A stretch of DNA of 56,161 nucleotides, taken from Candidatus Hadarchaeales archaeon (lineage in GTDB: Archaea > Hadarchaeota > Hadarchaeia > Hadarchaeales > JAWBSP01). The stretch is taken from positions 1 through 56,161 of the forward strand of contig JAWBSP010000005.1 of assembly GCA_038842485.1 (NCBI GenBank). Direction: 5' to 3'. The position numbers and the translations under genes are program-made. Within the stretch, counting starts at the first letter, position 1; each line of letters starts with the position of its first letter. Positions 20,650 to 31,203 of this stretch are shown piece by piece. Under the pieces are notes generated by a model, which searched no databases, was not told the DNA's origin, and was given only the letters and a program-made list of their open reading frames with translations.

Positions 20650-21379
20650 ACACAAGTTCCCTGACGGCCTTCCTTACATCGGGCGCCCTCATTATCCTCG
20701 TACCAACCAGCACGGCATCCGCCCCCGCCTCAATCATCCTCACGGCTTCTGAGTGCGAGCCTATGCCACTCTCACTCACCACTACCACCTCCTCGGGAAC
20801 TAGGGGCGCCAGATGAACGGTTCTCCCGAGGTCGACCTCCAGAGTGTGGAGGTCCCGGTTGTTGATCCCCACCATTCTCGCCCCGCACTCCAAAGCTGCG
20901 GAAAGTTCCCTCTCGTTTGAAACCTCCACCAACGGTTCCATTCCCAGTTCCTCGGTGAGTCTGATGAATCCCCCCAATTTCCTCCCGAGCGCCCCGGCAA
21001 GGAGAAGAAGCGCATCAGCCCCAACTTCGGCGGACTCGTATACTTGGCTCTCGTAAACGATAAAATCCTTTCTCAGGATTGGCACCGGAACTCTTCTCTT
21101 GACCTGCTCGATAAAGGACGGGCTACCTCCAAAATATTTCTCCTCGGTCAGGACCGAAAGAGCGATCGCCCCCCCCTCCACCATCTGCACCGCGAGTTCT
21201 CCGGGATCCGTGAACTCCCGTAAAGTCCCGGATGGGGATCTGAACTTTATTTCGGCTATCAACGGCAAGTCAAGCTTGCAGGTGCGGATGGCATGGATAA
21301 GACTTCTGGCCTTTACCGGTGAGGGACGTGGGCATGCTGGGGGTTTTATCTCAGCCAAAATTTTCTCAAGAAAGTCCAT
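20636..21379 (-). CDS. trpC: Indole-3-glycerol phosphate synthase
   Basis: IAEIKFRSPS, LRKDF, GINNRDL, SESGI. Confidence 0.96.
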   Translation of the reverse strand: MDFLEKILAEIKPPACPRPSPVKARSLIHAIRTCKLDLPLIAEIKFRSPSGTLREFTDPGELAVQMVEGGAIALSVLTEEKYFGGSPSFIEQVKRRVPVPILRKDFIVYESQVYESAEVGADALLLLAGALGRKLGGFIRLTEELGMEPLVEVSNERELSAALECGARMVGINNRDLHTLEVDLGRTVHLAPLVPEEVVVVSESGIGSHSEAVRMIEAGADAVLVGTRIMRAPDVRKAVRELVYGEG

Positions 21380-22421
21380 ACTCCAGCGCCCTCAGTTTTT
21401 GGAGGTCCCCACCCGTGCAGGCGATGAAGTCCACCAGTTTCCTGTACGCGCTGCCGGAGTCTATGGATTCAGCGGCCAGCTCTATGCCCTCGCCCAAGTC
21501 ATCCACCAAGGCGCCCGCCCAAATCGCCGCCGCCGAATTCAAAAGAACAATGTCCCTCTTCGGTCCCTTGTGTCCCTTCAGAATTTGGAGGAGGATTTTG
21601 GCATTCTCCTCAACCCCCGCCCCCAGCAAATCCTCAGCCCTAGCTCGAGGGAGGTTGAACTGCTCAGGAGAGATCTCATAGGTTTTCAGCTCACCGCTGC
21701 GGAGCTCCGAGACTTTTGACTTCCCCAAGGTGGATAACTCATCCAGACCGTCGAGCCCGTGAACCACCATGGCCCTCTCAACTCCCAATTTTCTCAGAAC
21801 TCCTGCAATGATTTCCGTGAGGGATGGGTGATAAACCCCTAAGAGCTGTCCCTTCGCCCCAGCGGGGTTGGTGAGGGGACCTAAGATGTTGAAGACCGTT
21901 CTCACTCCTATCTCCCTCCGGGGGCCCAGCGCGTGCTTCATGGAGGGATGGAAGACAGGGGCAAACATGAAGCCTACCCCTACCTCCTCAATACAGCGCT
22001 CGACCCCCTCGGGTCCCAGATCGATCCTCGCGCCCAGAAACTCGAGGACATCCGCACTTCCTGCCTTGCTTGTCACCGAGCGGTTCCCGTGCTTGGCAAT
22101 TTTCACCCCGCTGCCCGCCGCGACAAACATGGAGCAGGTGCTTATGTTGAAGGTTTTTATTTTATCCCCCCCAGTGCCACACGTATCGACCAGCCTGCCC
22201 CCCACCCTGGGCCTAACCTTCAAACTAAACTCACGCATGGTCTGAGCCAGCGCAAAAATTTCCTCCACCTTCTCCCCCTTCATCCTCAGGGCGGTGAGGA
22301 AGGAGGCGATTTGGGCGGGGGTGGCCGAGCCCGTCATGATTTCCCTCATGGCCCCCCTTGCCTCCTCCTCCGTCAGGTCCTGGAACTCAACCAGTTTTTT
22401 GATGGCCTCTTGGAGCATCAT
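21366..22421 (-). CDS. trpD: Anthranilate phosphoribosyltransferase
   Basis: [18 protein letters not shown]. Confidence 0.97.
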   Translation of the reverse strand: MMLQEAIKKLVEFQDLTEEEARGAMREIMTGSATPAQIASFLTALRMKGEKVEEIFALAQTMREFSLKVRPRVGGRLVDTCGTGGDKIKTFNISTCSMFVAAGSGVKIAKHGNRSVTSKAGSADVLEFLGARIDLGPEGVERCIEEVGVGFMFAPVFHPSMKHALGPRREIGVRTVFNILGPLTNPAGAKGQLLGVYHPSLTEIIAGVLRKLGVERAMVVHGLDGLDELSTLGKSKVSELRSGELKTYEISPEQFNLPRARAEDLLGAGVEENAKILLQILKGHKGPKRDIVLLNSAAAIWAGALVDDLGEGIELAAESIDSGSAYRKLVDFIACTGGDLQKLRALEYGLS

Positions 22422-22990
22422 CTTGCCTCCCTCAGGAAGTTCTCCATTATTTTTCGCCCCGCCTGCGTCAGGATGGACTCTGGATGGAACTGCACCCCAA
22501 ACACCGTTTCTCTGATATGTTCCACTGCCATTATCTCGCCATCTCCCTCGCTGAAAGCGGTGACGCGAAGACAGGGGGGAAGAGTTGAGGCATCTGCTAC
22601 CAGCGAGTGATACCTAGTGGCCTGGAAGGGATTTGGAACCCCTTCAAAAATCCTTCTCCCATCGTGCCTGATGTTTGAGGTTTTGCCGTGAACCAGCCTC
22701 TTGGCTCTGACAATCTTGCCCCCAAAAACATGAACCACGCACTGGTGTCCCAAACACACACCCAGTACGGGAACTTTGCCTGAGAAGTGTGAGATTACTT
22801 GGTTGGAAATCCCGGCCCGTTCGGGGGAGCCCGGACCAGGAGAGATGAGAACAGCATCGGGGTCGCATGCCAGCACCTCCCTCACCTCCGCATCGTTCCT
22901 GAAGACGAGCGGCTGCGCCCCGAGCTCGCCAACCATCTGGACCAAATTGTAGACGAAGCTGTCATAGTTGTCCACCACCAGAACCCTCAC
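22418..22990 (-). CDS. trpG: Anthranilate synthase component II
   Basis: DNYDSF, SPGPG, GVCLGHQ, QFHPES. Confidence 0.96.
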   Translation of the reverse strand: MRVLVVDNYDSFVYNLVQMVGELGAQPLVFRNDAEVREVLACDPDAVLISPGPGSPERAGISNQVISHFSGKVPVLGVCLGHQCVVHVFGGKIVRAKRLVHGKTSNIRHDGRRIFEGVPNPFQATRYHSLVADASTLPPCLRVTAFSEGDGEIMAVEHIRETVFGVQFHPESILTQAGRKIMENFLREAR

Positions 22991-24267
22991 CCCCTCACCC
23001 CCGCGGCCTCCAGCAGCGCTGCCGCTTTGTTCTCAGTTTCCAGCCACTCCTTCCAGGGGGTGGAGTCCGCCACTATCCCTGCCCCCACCTGCACGTGCGA
23101 CCATTCCCTTTCCATAACCAGGGTCCGTATGGTGATGGCCAGGTTCAGGCTGCTCGGGCCGATGAACCCCACGGCGCCCGCATAGATGCCCCTGCGGGTG
23201 GGCTCCATTTCCTCGATGATTTCCATGGCCCTGAACTTCGGTGCCCCCGTCACGGTTCCGGCCGGAAAGGTTGCCCTGACCACTTCGGCGGTCCCGATCC
23301 CCGGCCTCAGCCTGCCCCTAACGGTGCTGACGAGGTGCTGGACATGGCTGAACTTCTCCACTATCATGAATTCTGGGACACTGACAGAACCGAACTCGCA
23401 CACCTTACCGAGATCATTTCTAGCCAAATCCACCAGCATTACGTGCTCCGCCCTTTCCTTCTCATCCCTGAGGAGTCCCAGCTCTATCCTTCTGTCCTCC
23501 TCCTCATCCCTCCCCCTTCTCCTCGTCCCGGCGATGGGTCGGGTCATGATCTCCCTGCCATCCACGCGGACCAGCATCTCGGGGCTAGACCCAACCACCT
23601 TCCGATTCCCGAAGTCCAAGAGGTACATGTAGGGGGAGGGGTTTATCGACCTTAACCTCAGGTAGAAATCCTGGAGCGAAGGCGAGCGGAGCGGAATCCT
23701 TCTGGAGATGACCGCCTGAATGATGTCCCCCGAGGCGATGTACTCCTTCACCCTCTCAACCTTCCGGATGAACTCCTCCTTCTGCACGGTGATGTCAGAA
23801 GGTGGCGAGGGACGGTCTTCCCCCTCACCGATGACGATTTCCCTCCTTTCCTCCGACTCGTAACGGCACCGGACCGCCTCCCCCGTCTCGTGATCGATAA
23901 TTACCAGCTCCCGCGGAAGAAGAAATTCCAAAATAGGGTGGTGCAAATCATCCGTTGCCAGTTGTGGTAGCTTGTGTAGAAAGCGGACGTAGTCATACCC
24001 TATATAGCCGAATACCCCGAACTGGTAAGGAACCCCGCTCTGGGGGAGTTCAAGGGACTGAAGCTCCTTTAGCATCTCCTGTAGGGGATCTTCCTTCCCC
24101 CCGAACCCTATGAAGTGCAAGATCGGATCCCACCCCATGATGGAGTACCTACCGAACCTTCCTCTTTCGGCTGACTCAAGGAGGAAAGAGAGAGCGGAGT
24201 TCTTCTTGGAGAAAAATAAATCCACCGCATCGCCCCGGTAGGTTAGCCTAGTGAGCTTGATTTCCAT
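22987..24267 (-). CDS. trpE: Anthranilate synthase component I
   Basis: [36 protein letters not shown]. Confidence 0.96.
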   Translation of the reverse strand: MEIKLTRLTYRGDAVDLFFSKKNSALSFLLESAERGRFGRYSIMGWDPILHFIGFGGKEDPLQEMLKELQSLELPQSGVPYQFGVFGYIGYDYVRFLHKLPQLATDDLHHPILEFLLPRELVIIDHETGEAVRCRYESEERREIVIGEGEDRPSPPSDITVQKEEFIRKVERVKEYIASGDIIQAVISRRIPLRSPSLQDFYLRLRSINPSPYMYLLDFGNRKVVGSSPEMLVRVDGREIMTRPIAGTRRRGRDEEEDRRIELGLLRDEKERAEHVMLVDLARNDLGKVCEFGSVSVPEFMIVEKFSHVQHLVSTVRGRLRPGIGTAEVVRATFPAGTVTGAPKFRAMEIIEEMEPTRRGIYAGAVGFIGPSSLNLAITIRTLVMEREWSHVQVGAGIVADSTPWKEWLETENKAAALLEAAGVRG

Positions 24268-24300
24268 CAATTGTTAAAATTGCTCATTTTTAAGCATTAA

Positions 24301-24316
24301 TGCACAAAAATGTACA
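24301..24316. promoter_or_regulatory. Paired TRP-box-like operator TGCACA-N4-TGTACA upstream of trpE
   Basis: tgcaca aaaa tgtaca between divergent promoters; matches the TGTACA TRP box bound by TrpY in Methanothermobacter. Confidence 0.6.
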
Positions 24317-24349
24317 TCAAAAAGTTATAGGCCTGAGAACGAAAGGAAA

Positions 24350-24787
24350 ATGGAAAACACTCTAAAACAGTGGGTGCTCGTTGGACTGAGCGGTAGTTTG
24401 ATTTCTGTGCTCAGTTTAAACATGCCTTGGCTTTCTATGGAGGGGATTGGAATTGGCTCGGGCTGGGAACTCAAGATATATTCTCCCGCCCCTTATCTGC
24501 TCCTGTTTGGGGGTCTTCTAGGACTCGGCACCGTGCTTGGCATAATGTGGAAAGAGATGCGAAAAAGATCTTTCCCGCGCGAAGAATCCCTTCCCTTACC
24601 TCTGCCGACGCTCTTGCTCGGTGGATTGCTAGCGTTCCTCGGTTGGATTTGGGCGACCGTAACACTTTGGAGGAAGTACCTACAACTCGGTATTGGAGTT
24701 GGTTACGGATTTGGAGCAGGTTTCTTGGGTCCGGCCATGATGTTAACGAGTTTCCTTGCTTTGCGAAAGGGACCCTCGCTGGATTGA
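24350..24787 (+). CDS. Hypothetical 4-TM membrane protein
   Basis: Hydrophobic segments, MPW motif, TATA-like element upstream. Confidence 0.65.
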   Translation: MENTLKQWVLVGLSGSLISVLSLNMPWLSMEGIGIGSGWELKIYSPAPYLLLFGGLLGLGTVLGIMWKEMRKRSFPREESLPLPLPTLLLGGLLAFLGWIWATVTLWRKYLQLGIGVGYGFGAGFLGPAMMLTSFLALRKGPSLD

Positions 24788-24892
24788 CAATTAAACTTCC
24801 GATTAGTTTTGTCGGGCTCACCAGGAGAGGGGCAGCCTAGCAGGCACTCATCGAGCAACTTGGGGTTTTATATCCATCCACCCCGTAAAACC

Positions 24893-25483
24893 ATGGAAGT
24901 GGATACCTCAAAAATAGGGCGTGCAACATTCCGACTCATCCTCTATCTCTCTCTTTACTGCACGTGTTCAATAATCTGCAACCGGATTTTGAGCGATTTG
25001 CATCTCACCCAGTACTCGGTATACTTGAATGTAGGTCTCCTCCTGCTTTTTGGGTATCTGGCAATCTCCGCTGGGGCGGATGTCGCCTACTGGAGCGCGA
25101 AGGCAAAATACCCCCACTCAACGGCGGTGGCGATAAGAAGCGTGATCAGAATTGTTGGCGTTGGGGCGCTGGTAGTGAGCATCGCCGGGGCGATAGCAGG
25201 GGGGGTGGCAGGGGTGGCGCTCGGTGGTTTTCTCGGAATGGTGGTGGGATTCGCCTCCCAGAATGTCTTGGGGCAGGCGATGGCGGGACTTTTCATCCTC
25301 CTCACGAAACCGTTCCAGATCGGGGAGGTGGTCACGGTGGCTGGTGAGGAGGGGACGATAGAAGGTATCGGGCTCCTATTTACCGTGGTGAAAAAGGCTG
25401 ACGGAACAATCGTGTTTATCCCAAACAACATGGCCATGAATGCCAAAATCTTTCGAAAACCAGCCTCATCCCCAGCGGGCTGA
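24893..25483 (+). CDS. mscS: MscS small-conductance mechanosensitive channel
   Basis: GFASQNVLGQ..AG..I..KPFQIGE. Confidence 0.88.
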   Translation: MEVDTSKIGRATFRLILYLSLYCTCSIICNRILSDLHLTQYSVYLNVGLLLLFGYLAISAGADVAYWSAKAKYPHSTAVAIRSVIRIVGVGALVVSIAGAIAGGVAGVALGGFLGMVVGFASQNVLGQAMAGLFILLTKPFQIGEVVTVAGEEGTIEGIGLLFTVVKKADGTIVFIPNNMAMNAKIFRKPASSPAG

Positions 25484-25492
25484 TGAGAAGCT

Positions 25493-25591
25493 GTTGAAAA
25501 ACCCCTATTAGACGTCCACACAAGAGGATTGTCGGCGAAAATTTGGCGATCCCAAAGCAGGGCCGAGCGGCGTCTACATAGCGTTCTCAAC
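25493..25591. repeat. Approximately 100-bp element with imperfect terminal inverted repeats (possible MITE remnant)
   Basis: Left GTTGAAAAACCCCTATTAGACG versus right (reverse complement) GTTGAGAACGCTATGTAGACG. Confidence 0.35.
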
Positions 25592-25601
25592 GAATTTGGG
25601 G

Positions 25602-26348
25602 ATGTATGACCCTCTCCGTTACGCCGAACAGGTCAGGGCAGTGGTCGCGAGAGGGAACCTGAGGAGATACTACCGGGTGGCCAGACCGGGACGCTGGTAC
25701 GGCGGAATTGCCACGGCTGACTGTTGTGGGTGTAACCTTAAATGCATTTTCTGCTGGAGCGGGTACCCCCGAGACCACCCAGAAGTTGGGGAGTTGCGGT
25801 CGCCTGCCGAGATTTATGAGAAGCTGACGGGTTGTGCCTCCAAGTTCGGATACACCCTTTTGAGGGTGAGCGGAAACGAGCCCACCCTTTCCCCCGATCA
25901 TCTGCTCGAGCTCCTCGAACTTGTGGATGCGAGCAACTACCGGTTCATCCTAGAGACCAATGGGACCCTAATCGACCGGTCGTTCGCCAAGCGTCTTTCA
26001 AGGTTTAAAAACCTGCACGTTCGCGTTTCGTTGAAAGGGACGAACGAACAGGAGTTTGGTATGCTCACGGGCGCAAAGCCGGAGGCCTTCAACCTCCAGC
26101 TGCTCGCCCTGAGGCATCTGCTGGACGAGGGGGTCTCCTCCCATCCTGCCATCATGCTCTCCTTCAGCCCCCCAGACGGTCTCGAGAAACTCAAGGAGAG
26201 GCTGAGGGAAATCGATGAGGGGCTCGTCAACCAGGTGGAGGAGGAATACGTCTTTCTATATCCCCACGTAATTGAGAAACTCGAACGGGCGGGGATCAGT
26301 CCCAGGGTTGCCTACCGTCCCGATCGAATTCCGGGTGACCTCATCTAA
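25602..26348 (+). CDS. Radical SAM protein of unknown function
   Basis: GCNLKCIFC, SGNEP, LETNG. Confidence 0.9.
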   Translation: MYDPLRYAEQVRAVVARGNLRRYYRVARPGRWYGGIATADCCGCNLKCIFCWSGYPRDHPEVGELRSPAEIYEKLTGCASKFGYTLLRVSGNEPTLSPDHLLELLELVDASNYRFILETNGTLIDRSFAKRLSRFKNLHVRVSLKGTNEQEFGMLTGAKPEAFNLQLLALRHLLDEGVSSHPAIMLSFSPPDGLEKLKERLREIDEGLVNQVEEEYVFLYPHVIEKLERAGISPRVAYRPDRIPGDLI

Positions 26349-26997
26349 CCAGTTTAAAAGACAGAAGCTTGAGGAAGATTCTAATCCCGCTCAGGATGGT
26401 GGTCCCCTTAGCTTTGGCATGGGGAGGGTAGTAACACTTCACGGGTACCGACTTAACCCTGAGCCCAGCGCGGGAGGCCCTAAGGAGGATTTCGGAGGAA
26501 ACCTCGTAGCGGTTCCCCACTATCCGGATGCTTTCCAGCGCCTTTCGCGAGAGAGCCCGACTACCAGACTGGGAATCCGTGTAAATGCCCGTGAGAAGAA
26601 AGGTAATCAGATTTAGAATGAAGTTTCCAACCCGTTTGTTGAGGGGCATCCCGAGCGATCTCCTGACCCCAATCACCAAGTCGGCATCCCTCAGCCCCTC
26701 CAGCAGAGACCTCACCGATTTGGGTTCGTGCTGTCCGTCCGCATCGAAGGTCACGGCCGCGTCCGCCCCCCTCCTCAGCACCTCCCTGAAGCCGGTTCTG
26801 AGCGCCGCTCCTAGTCCAAGGTTTCTGGGATGGGTGAGAACTTGGGCACCCCTATCCCTCGCCACCTCCCCAGTTCGGTCCGTCGAGCCATCGTCCACCA
26901 CTAACACGTTCCGATAACCCTCCCTCCTAAGCGAGTCGATCACCGACCCAATGCTTCTCTCCTCATTGTAGGCCGGCACCACTATCCAGACCTTCAC
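26341..26997 (-). CDS. GT2 glycosyltransferase (DPM-synthase-like)
   Basis: PAYNE, VDDGSTD, DADGQH, DSQSG. Confidence 0.93.
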   Translation of the reverse strand: MKVWIVVPAYNEERSIGSVIDSLRREGYRNVLVVDDGSTDRTGEVARDRGAQVLTHPRNLGLGAALRTGFREVLRRGADAAVTFDADGQHEPKSVRSLLEGLRDADLVIGVRRSLGMPLNKRVGNFILNLITFLLTGIYTDSQSGSRALSRKALESIRIVGNRYEVSSEILLRASRAGLRVKSVPVKCYYPPHAKAKGTTILSGIRIFLKLLSFKLVR

Positions 26998-27035
26998 AGA
27001 AAACTAGGCGAGAATGCTTATTCCACGAGGCTTAG

Positions 27036-27911
27036 CTACTTCCTCTTGGGAAGTTTTGGGTACAGAGTATAAAACAGCCACTCCAGCAGGTCGTGCTCCG
27101 TTATGATCCCAGCCACCCTGCCTTTCCTCAACACAGGAAGTCCGCTGATCCCCCTCTCCCTCATCAGCTTGGCTGCCTCCCCCAAATCCGCTCCGTCGTT
27201 GACAGTTAGGGTGCTCCTACTCATGAAGTTCCTAACCTCAGTTCTGAAGACATCATCTGCCCTACCCTGTAAGATGAGGGCATAAATCTTCTCGGAGTTA
27301 AAAACCCTCAAAATATCCATGGTTGTGACAATCCCGCACAGCTCCCCTCCCCTAAGTACGGGCACCCTCCTGATGCCAAAGGAAACCATACGCTCACAGA
27401 GCTCCCTCAAACTCATCCCTGGGTCTGCCGTCACCACATGCCTAGACATGTGGTACTCCACTGGAACTCCGGTCTTCTCCGGAACCAGCGAAACCAGATC
27501 CCTTTCAGAGAGAATCCCCTCCACCTTCCCCTCCTTGTTTGTTAGCGGGAGCCCGCCAACCCCGGTCTTCATGAGAATCCCTAGGACTTCCCACAGGGTA
27601 GCGGTGGATGGAGCGGAAATAACATGAGTTGACATGAGATTTTGGACGGGGAGGGAGAGGGCCCTCGCGAAATCCCCCCTCATTCCCTCCATCCAAAGGT
27701 TTGCCCTAGGCCCACCACCCAAGTAGTCAATCAGGTTCCGGGAGATGACAATACCCACCATTTTACCGCTTCTTTCTGAGACGATGGGAACTCTCCTTAT
27801 CTCATTCTCCACCATGAGCCCTATGAGCTCCCTGACGGTGGTGTTCGAGGTGGCGGTTATCACCTCTCTTGTTGAAAACTCGATTGCTTTTTGTTTCGGA
27901 TTCAACTCCAC
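27036..27911 (-). CDS. Four-CBS-domain protein
   Basis: Four repeats of RRVP/GLP...GI(V/L)(T/S)..D. Confidence 0.92.
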   Translation of the reverse strand: MELNPKQKAIEFSTREVITATSNTTVRELIGLMVENEIRRVPIVSERSGKMVGIVISRNLIDYLGGGPRANLWMEGMRGDFARALSLPVQNLMSTHVISAPSTATLWEVLGILMKTGVGGLPLTNKEGKVEGILSERDLVSLVPEKTGVPVEYHMSRHVVTADPGMSLRELCERMVSFGIRRVPVLRGGELCGIVTTMDILRVFNSEKIYALILQGRADDVFRTEVRNFMSRSTLTVNDGADLGEAAKLMRERGISGLPVLRKGRVAGIITEHDLLEWLFYTLYPKLPKRK

Positions 27912-27959
27912 TAATTTAATTTTGACCTAACACGATTTATCCTCTCCACGAATGGTGTG

Positions 27960-28370
27960 ATGAGGGTTTGGACTCGTGAGTTCACTCTCTCCACCAAAAG
28001 GAGGAGGGAAGTGGTGGACATAACCGACGAGGTTCTCCGAGCTGTTAGGGAATCTGGGGTGAAGAATGGGATCTTGGTGGTGCAGCTCCCGCACGCCACC
28101 GCCTCGCTGGTGCTGAACGAGGGGGAGGAGGGGGTGAAGCAGGACCTCCTCAACAAGCTGGAGGAACTAATCCCAAGCAACGGTGGATACCTGCACGACC
28201 GAATTGACGATAACGCTCATGCACACCTGAAGTCCGCCTTGGTGGGCTCCTCGCGGGTTCTCCCCATCGTCGACGGTCATCTGGTCAGGGGCACCTGGCA
28301 GAACTTTCTGGTGATCGAGGAGGACGGGCCGAGGACGAGAAGAGTTTCGATCTTCATCATGGGGGAGTGA
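27960..28370 (+). CDS. yjbQ: YjbQ / UPF0047 family
   Basis: PHATA, HD..DNAHAHL, GTWQ, DGPR. Confidence 0.93.
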   Translation: MRVWTREFTLSTKRRREVVDITDEVLRAVRESGVKNGILVVQLPHATASLVLNEGEEGVKQDLLNKLEELIPSNGGYLHDRIDDNAHAHLKSALVGSSRVLPIVDGHLVRGTWQNFLVIEEDGPRTRRVSIFIMGE

Positions 28371-28371
28371 G

Positions 28372-28881
28372 GTGGAGGCCTACCTCGACATAGAAACCAC
28401 CGGAAAACGGGCGGACGAGGGGATGGTGGTGGCTATCGGGCTCTTGAAAGAGCAGCCGGCCGTCAGGACCTGTCTGAACCTCCGCGAGGAGAGAAGAGCG
28501 CTGGAGTGGCTGGCTGAACAGCTCGAGGGGATCACTTGTCTGATAACCTGGTTCGGCTCCGGCTTCGACCTTCCCTTCCTGAAAGCCAGGGCGGCCGTGC
28601 AGAGGGTGGACATGAGGAAACTGTGCGAGCTGCCGACCCTCGACCTATGCGAGTGGTGCCGAAAGAACCTGCTACTCTCCAAATACAGCCTAGAGGCGGT
28701 CGCAAACTACTTCGGTTTGAGCAGGAGAGTCCCCTTCGAGGGTGCTGATGTGGGTGCCCTGTTCAAGCTCGCTGAGGCGGGTGACCACTCGGCCCTTAGA
28801 AGGATAGTAGAACACTGCACCGAGGACCTCTTACTGCTACGCGGGATTCGCCGGAGGCTCTCGGACTCCCTCGGGCTCTGA
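28372..28881 (+). CDS. YprB-like RNase H-fold 3'-5' exonuclease
   Basis: YLDIETTG, W.GSGFDLP, H..ED. Confidence 0.85.
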   Translation: MEAYLDIETTGKRADEGMVVAIGLLKEQPAVRTCLNLREERRALEWLAEQLEGITCLITWFGSGFDLPFLKARAAVQRVDMRKLCELPTLDLCEWCRKNLLLSKYSLEAVANYFGLSRRVPFEGADVGALFKLAEAGDHSALRRIVEHCTEDLLLLRGIRRRLSDSLGL

Positions 28882-29403
28882 TGCTTCCCTCAGCCTCTTG
28901 CTCTCCCTCTCCAAGAACTTGTAGAAGGTTGAGTGCTGTGCACCCTCGAGCAGCATCTCGACCGCCCTCCTAGCTACCCTGATGGCCTCGGGGTCCCCGA
29001 TCAGGGAAACCGTCTTCCCATAAACCGAAACCCATACCTTCAGCCTCTCCTCCAGTGCCCTCCTAGCCTTCCCCCCCTCGCCTATAACCCTCCCCCTCAT
29101 CCGCTCAAGAGCCCTGTCGGAAACGTACTCGGTCATGTCAATGATTTCCAGATACTGGCTCTCGTCAAAGAGCCTGAAGGCCCGCTCAGGGCTGAAACCC
29201 CTCCCCATCGCCAACACGATATCCTTGGCCCTCAGAACGGCGAGCGGATTCTCATCTGGGCCTCTTATGGTAATCTCCTCCCCCTCTATCTCAACCTTCA
29301 CGCCCAGCCTCTGCTCGATTTCCCGCTTCACCTCCCCACCTTTTCCGATCACCACCCCAATCCTCTCCTTGGGAATGAGGAGTCTGTACTCAGCCATGCC
29401 CAA
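28837..29403 (-). CDS. KH-domain pre-rRNA processing protein (Dim2/Pno1)
   Basis: IGKGG, GRGFSPERA, GRVIG.GG. Confidence 0.93.
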   Translation of the reverse strand: MGMAEYRLLIPKERIGVVIGKGGEVKREIEQRLGVKVEIEGEEITIRGPDENPLAVLRAKDIVLAMGRGFSPERAFRLFDESQYLEIIDMTEYVSDRALERMRGRVIGEGGKARRALEERLKVWVSVYGKTVSLIGDPEAIRVARRAVEMLLEGAQHSTFYKFLERESKRLREASEPEGVREPPANPA

Positions 29404-29461
29404 TCACATCCTAGCCAGAGTTGAATAATGTTCTTATACACTAAAATACACTTGAGAAAAC

Positions 29462-30310
29462 ATGAGCTCCGTAGCGGTTCTAGGAACAGATTTTGAAGTG
29501 GGCAAAAGCTTCGTGGTTTCGCTGCTATGCAGGTATTTGCGGGAGCGGGGAAAAGTGACCCCTTTCAAGGGGATTTCATTAACCAATCAGGTTATCGATT
29601 CACCACGCATAGCCTTCGCTCAGGCCGTGCAAGCCAAGGTTGCCAACACCAAACCAGATCAGAGGATGAACCCAGTGCTGCTGGTTCCCTCCAAAAACCG
29701 AGTAGAGATTTATGTGGAGGGGGAAAAGCTTGGTCTCTATCGATTGAAGGAGATTCCCCCTAAAATTCTGGAGCAGATGAAGGGAGCGGTTGAAGAGAAT
29801 GCAAAGAGCCTGCTGGGAGACCACGAGTTTGTTTGCGTGGAGGGGATGGGAAACCTGAGCCCGAGCGTGGAGCTCGGAACCCTGAACCGCTTGATGGAAA
29901 TTGGAAACTGGCATGCCACTAGGGTAGTGAACGCCCGAGTAGTTCTGTGCTCGAGGGACTTGGAGGGCCTGTCTTCCTTCGTCAGCAGATTGCCCCAGGA
30001 GGACCGCGAGAGGGTTAAACTGGCACTCACCAACAGGCTGGATCTCATCCAGACCGTCTTGGAGTGGGGATACAAAGAGAGGGAGGCAAAACTGCTGGCA
30101 GCCGTTTTTCGACTGTTTTATAGGAAACCGAATAAGCTCAAGTTTCTCGGGATACTACCCGAATTTCCAGAGCTTTCCGGGCTGCCACCTCTGGATCCCC
30201 CAACCGGTAAACACCCCGCACAAGTGGACAAGTGGGTGGAGGCAATCGAAGGAATTTGGGGGAGGGCCAAAGAATACATGAAATGGGGAAGGCTCGATAA
30301 GATTCTATGA
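29462..30310 (+). CDS. CbiP/CobQ-like ATPase domain only, paralog 1
   Basis: GTDFEVGKS, PFK, AQ..QA, MNPVLL.P, VEG; no glutaminase domain. Confidence 0.7.
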   Translation: MSSVAVLGTDFEVGKSFVVSLLCRYLRERGKVTPFKGISLTNQVIDSPRIAFAQAVQAKVANTKPDQRMNPVLLVPSKNRVEIYVEGEKLGLYRLKEIPPKILEQMKGAVEENAKSLLGDHEFVCVEGMGNLSPSVELGTLNRLMEIGNWHATRVVNARVVLCSRDLEGLSSFVSRLPQEDRERVKLALTNRLDLIQTVLEWGYKEREAKLLAAVFRLFYRKPNKLKFLGILPEFPELSGLPPLDPPTGKHPAQVDKWVEAIEGIWGRAKEYMKWGRLDKIL

Positions 30311-31203
30311 GCGCCAAAAAACTCATGGTACACGGGAGCTTCACAGGGAGCGGGAAGAGTCTTTTGGTTTCCATCCTTTGCCGGATTTTCAGGGAGGACG
30401 GGCACAGGGTTGCACCCTTCAAGCTTCTCAACTGGACTGGAGTGGTCTACAAGGATGCCGAGGGAAGGGAGTTTGGGTACTCTCAAGCCCTTCAGTGCGA
30501 GGCGGCCGGGATACCCCCCGATTACCGGTGCAATCCTTTCACCCCGAAAACCATGCCCAACGGGAGAATAGATTACCTCATCGAGGGGAGGGTGGCGTGG
30601 GGGGAGTACCGCCCCCTCCGGGCGATGCTGAAGGGGCTATACTTCGGGTGGAGGCTCAAGCGCCGACGTCTCTACAAAAAGGCGAAGGAGGCCGCTGAGA
30701 GATGTTTCAAAAGTCTGTCGGAGGAGTTCGATATCATTGTCATGGAAGGCTCCGGCCCAGCGAATCTTCCCTGGAGGAGGGGAGGGTATCCCAAGCTGAT
30801 CGAGCTCGCCAACCGCTGGCCGGCCGAGACCTTCAACCCCTCAGTCGTGCTAATCGGGCCTAACGTGGAATTCGCGCCCCCGCTACTCTCGAGAATGAGC
30901 GAGAAGTGGAGGGCGAACGTGCGGGGGCTGGTTCTTAATCCCTTCACCCTCCCCAGGCTGGTCTCGGATTTGACGGGTGAGAACTTGGAGAGGGAGATAC
31001 TGTCACAGCTGGAGAAGGTCTCGGAGGTGCCGGTATTGGGGTTCCTGCCCTACTTTCCGGAGCTCTCGAAGCTCCCACCGTTGGACCCGATTCTCTGGGG
31101 TGAGAAGATTCCGCTCAGACCTTGGGGGAAGCTGGTCGCGAAGATGGCAGCCGAGGCCAGGAAGTCCCTAGATTTGGAAAAGATCTACTCCGCCCTTCAG
31201 TAA
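30307..31203 (+). CDS. CbiP/CobQ-like ATPase domain only, paralog 2
   Basis: GSFTGSGKS, VAPFK, SQALQCEAAG, MEGSG; no glutaminase domain. Confidence 0.75.
   Translation: MSAKKLMVHGSFTGSGKSLLVSILCRIFREDGHRVAPFKLLNWTGVVYKDAEGREFGYSQALQCEAAGIPPDYRCNPFTPKTMPNGRIDYLIEGRVAWGEYRPLRAMLKGLYFGWRLKRRRLYKKAKEAAERCFKSLSEEFDIIVMEGSGPANLPWRRGGYPKLIELANRWPAETFNPSVVLIGPNVEFAPPLLSRMSEKWRANVRGLVLNPFTLPRLVSDLTGENLEREILSQLEKVSEVPVLGFLPYFPELSKLPPLDPILWGEKIPLRPWGKLVAKMAAEARKSLDLEKIYSALQ

Noticed and set aside
29462-31203. One CbiP gene split by a frameshift
   Set aside because: Each ORF has its own P-loop and the same C-terminal motif, so they are paralogs rather than halves
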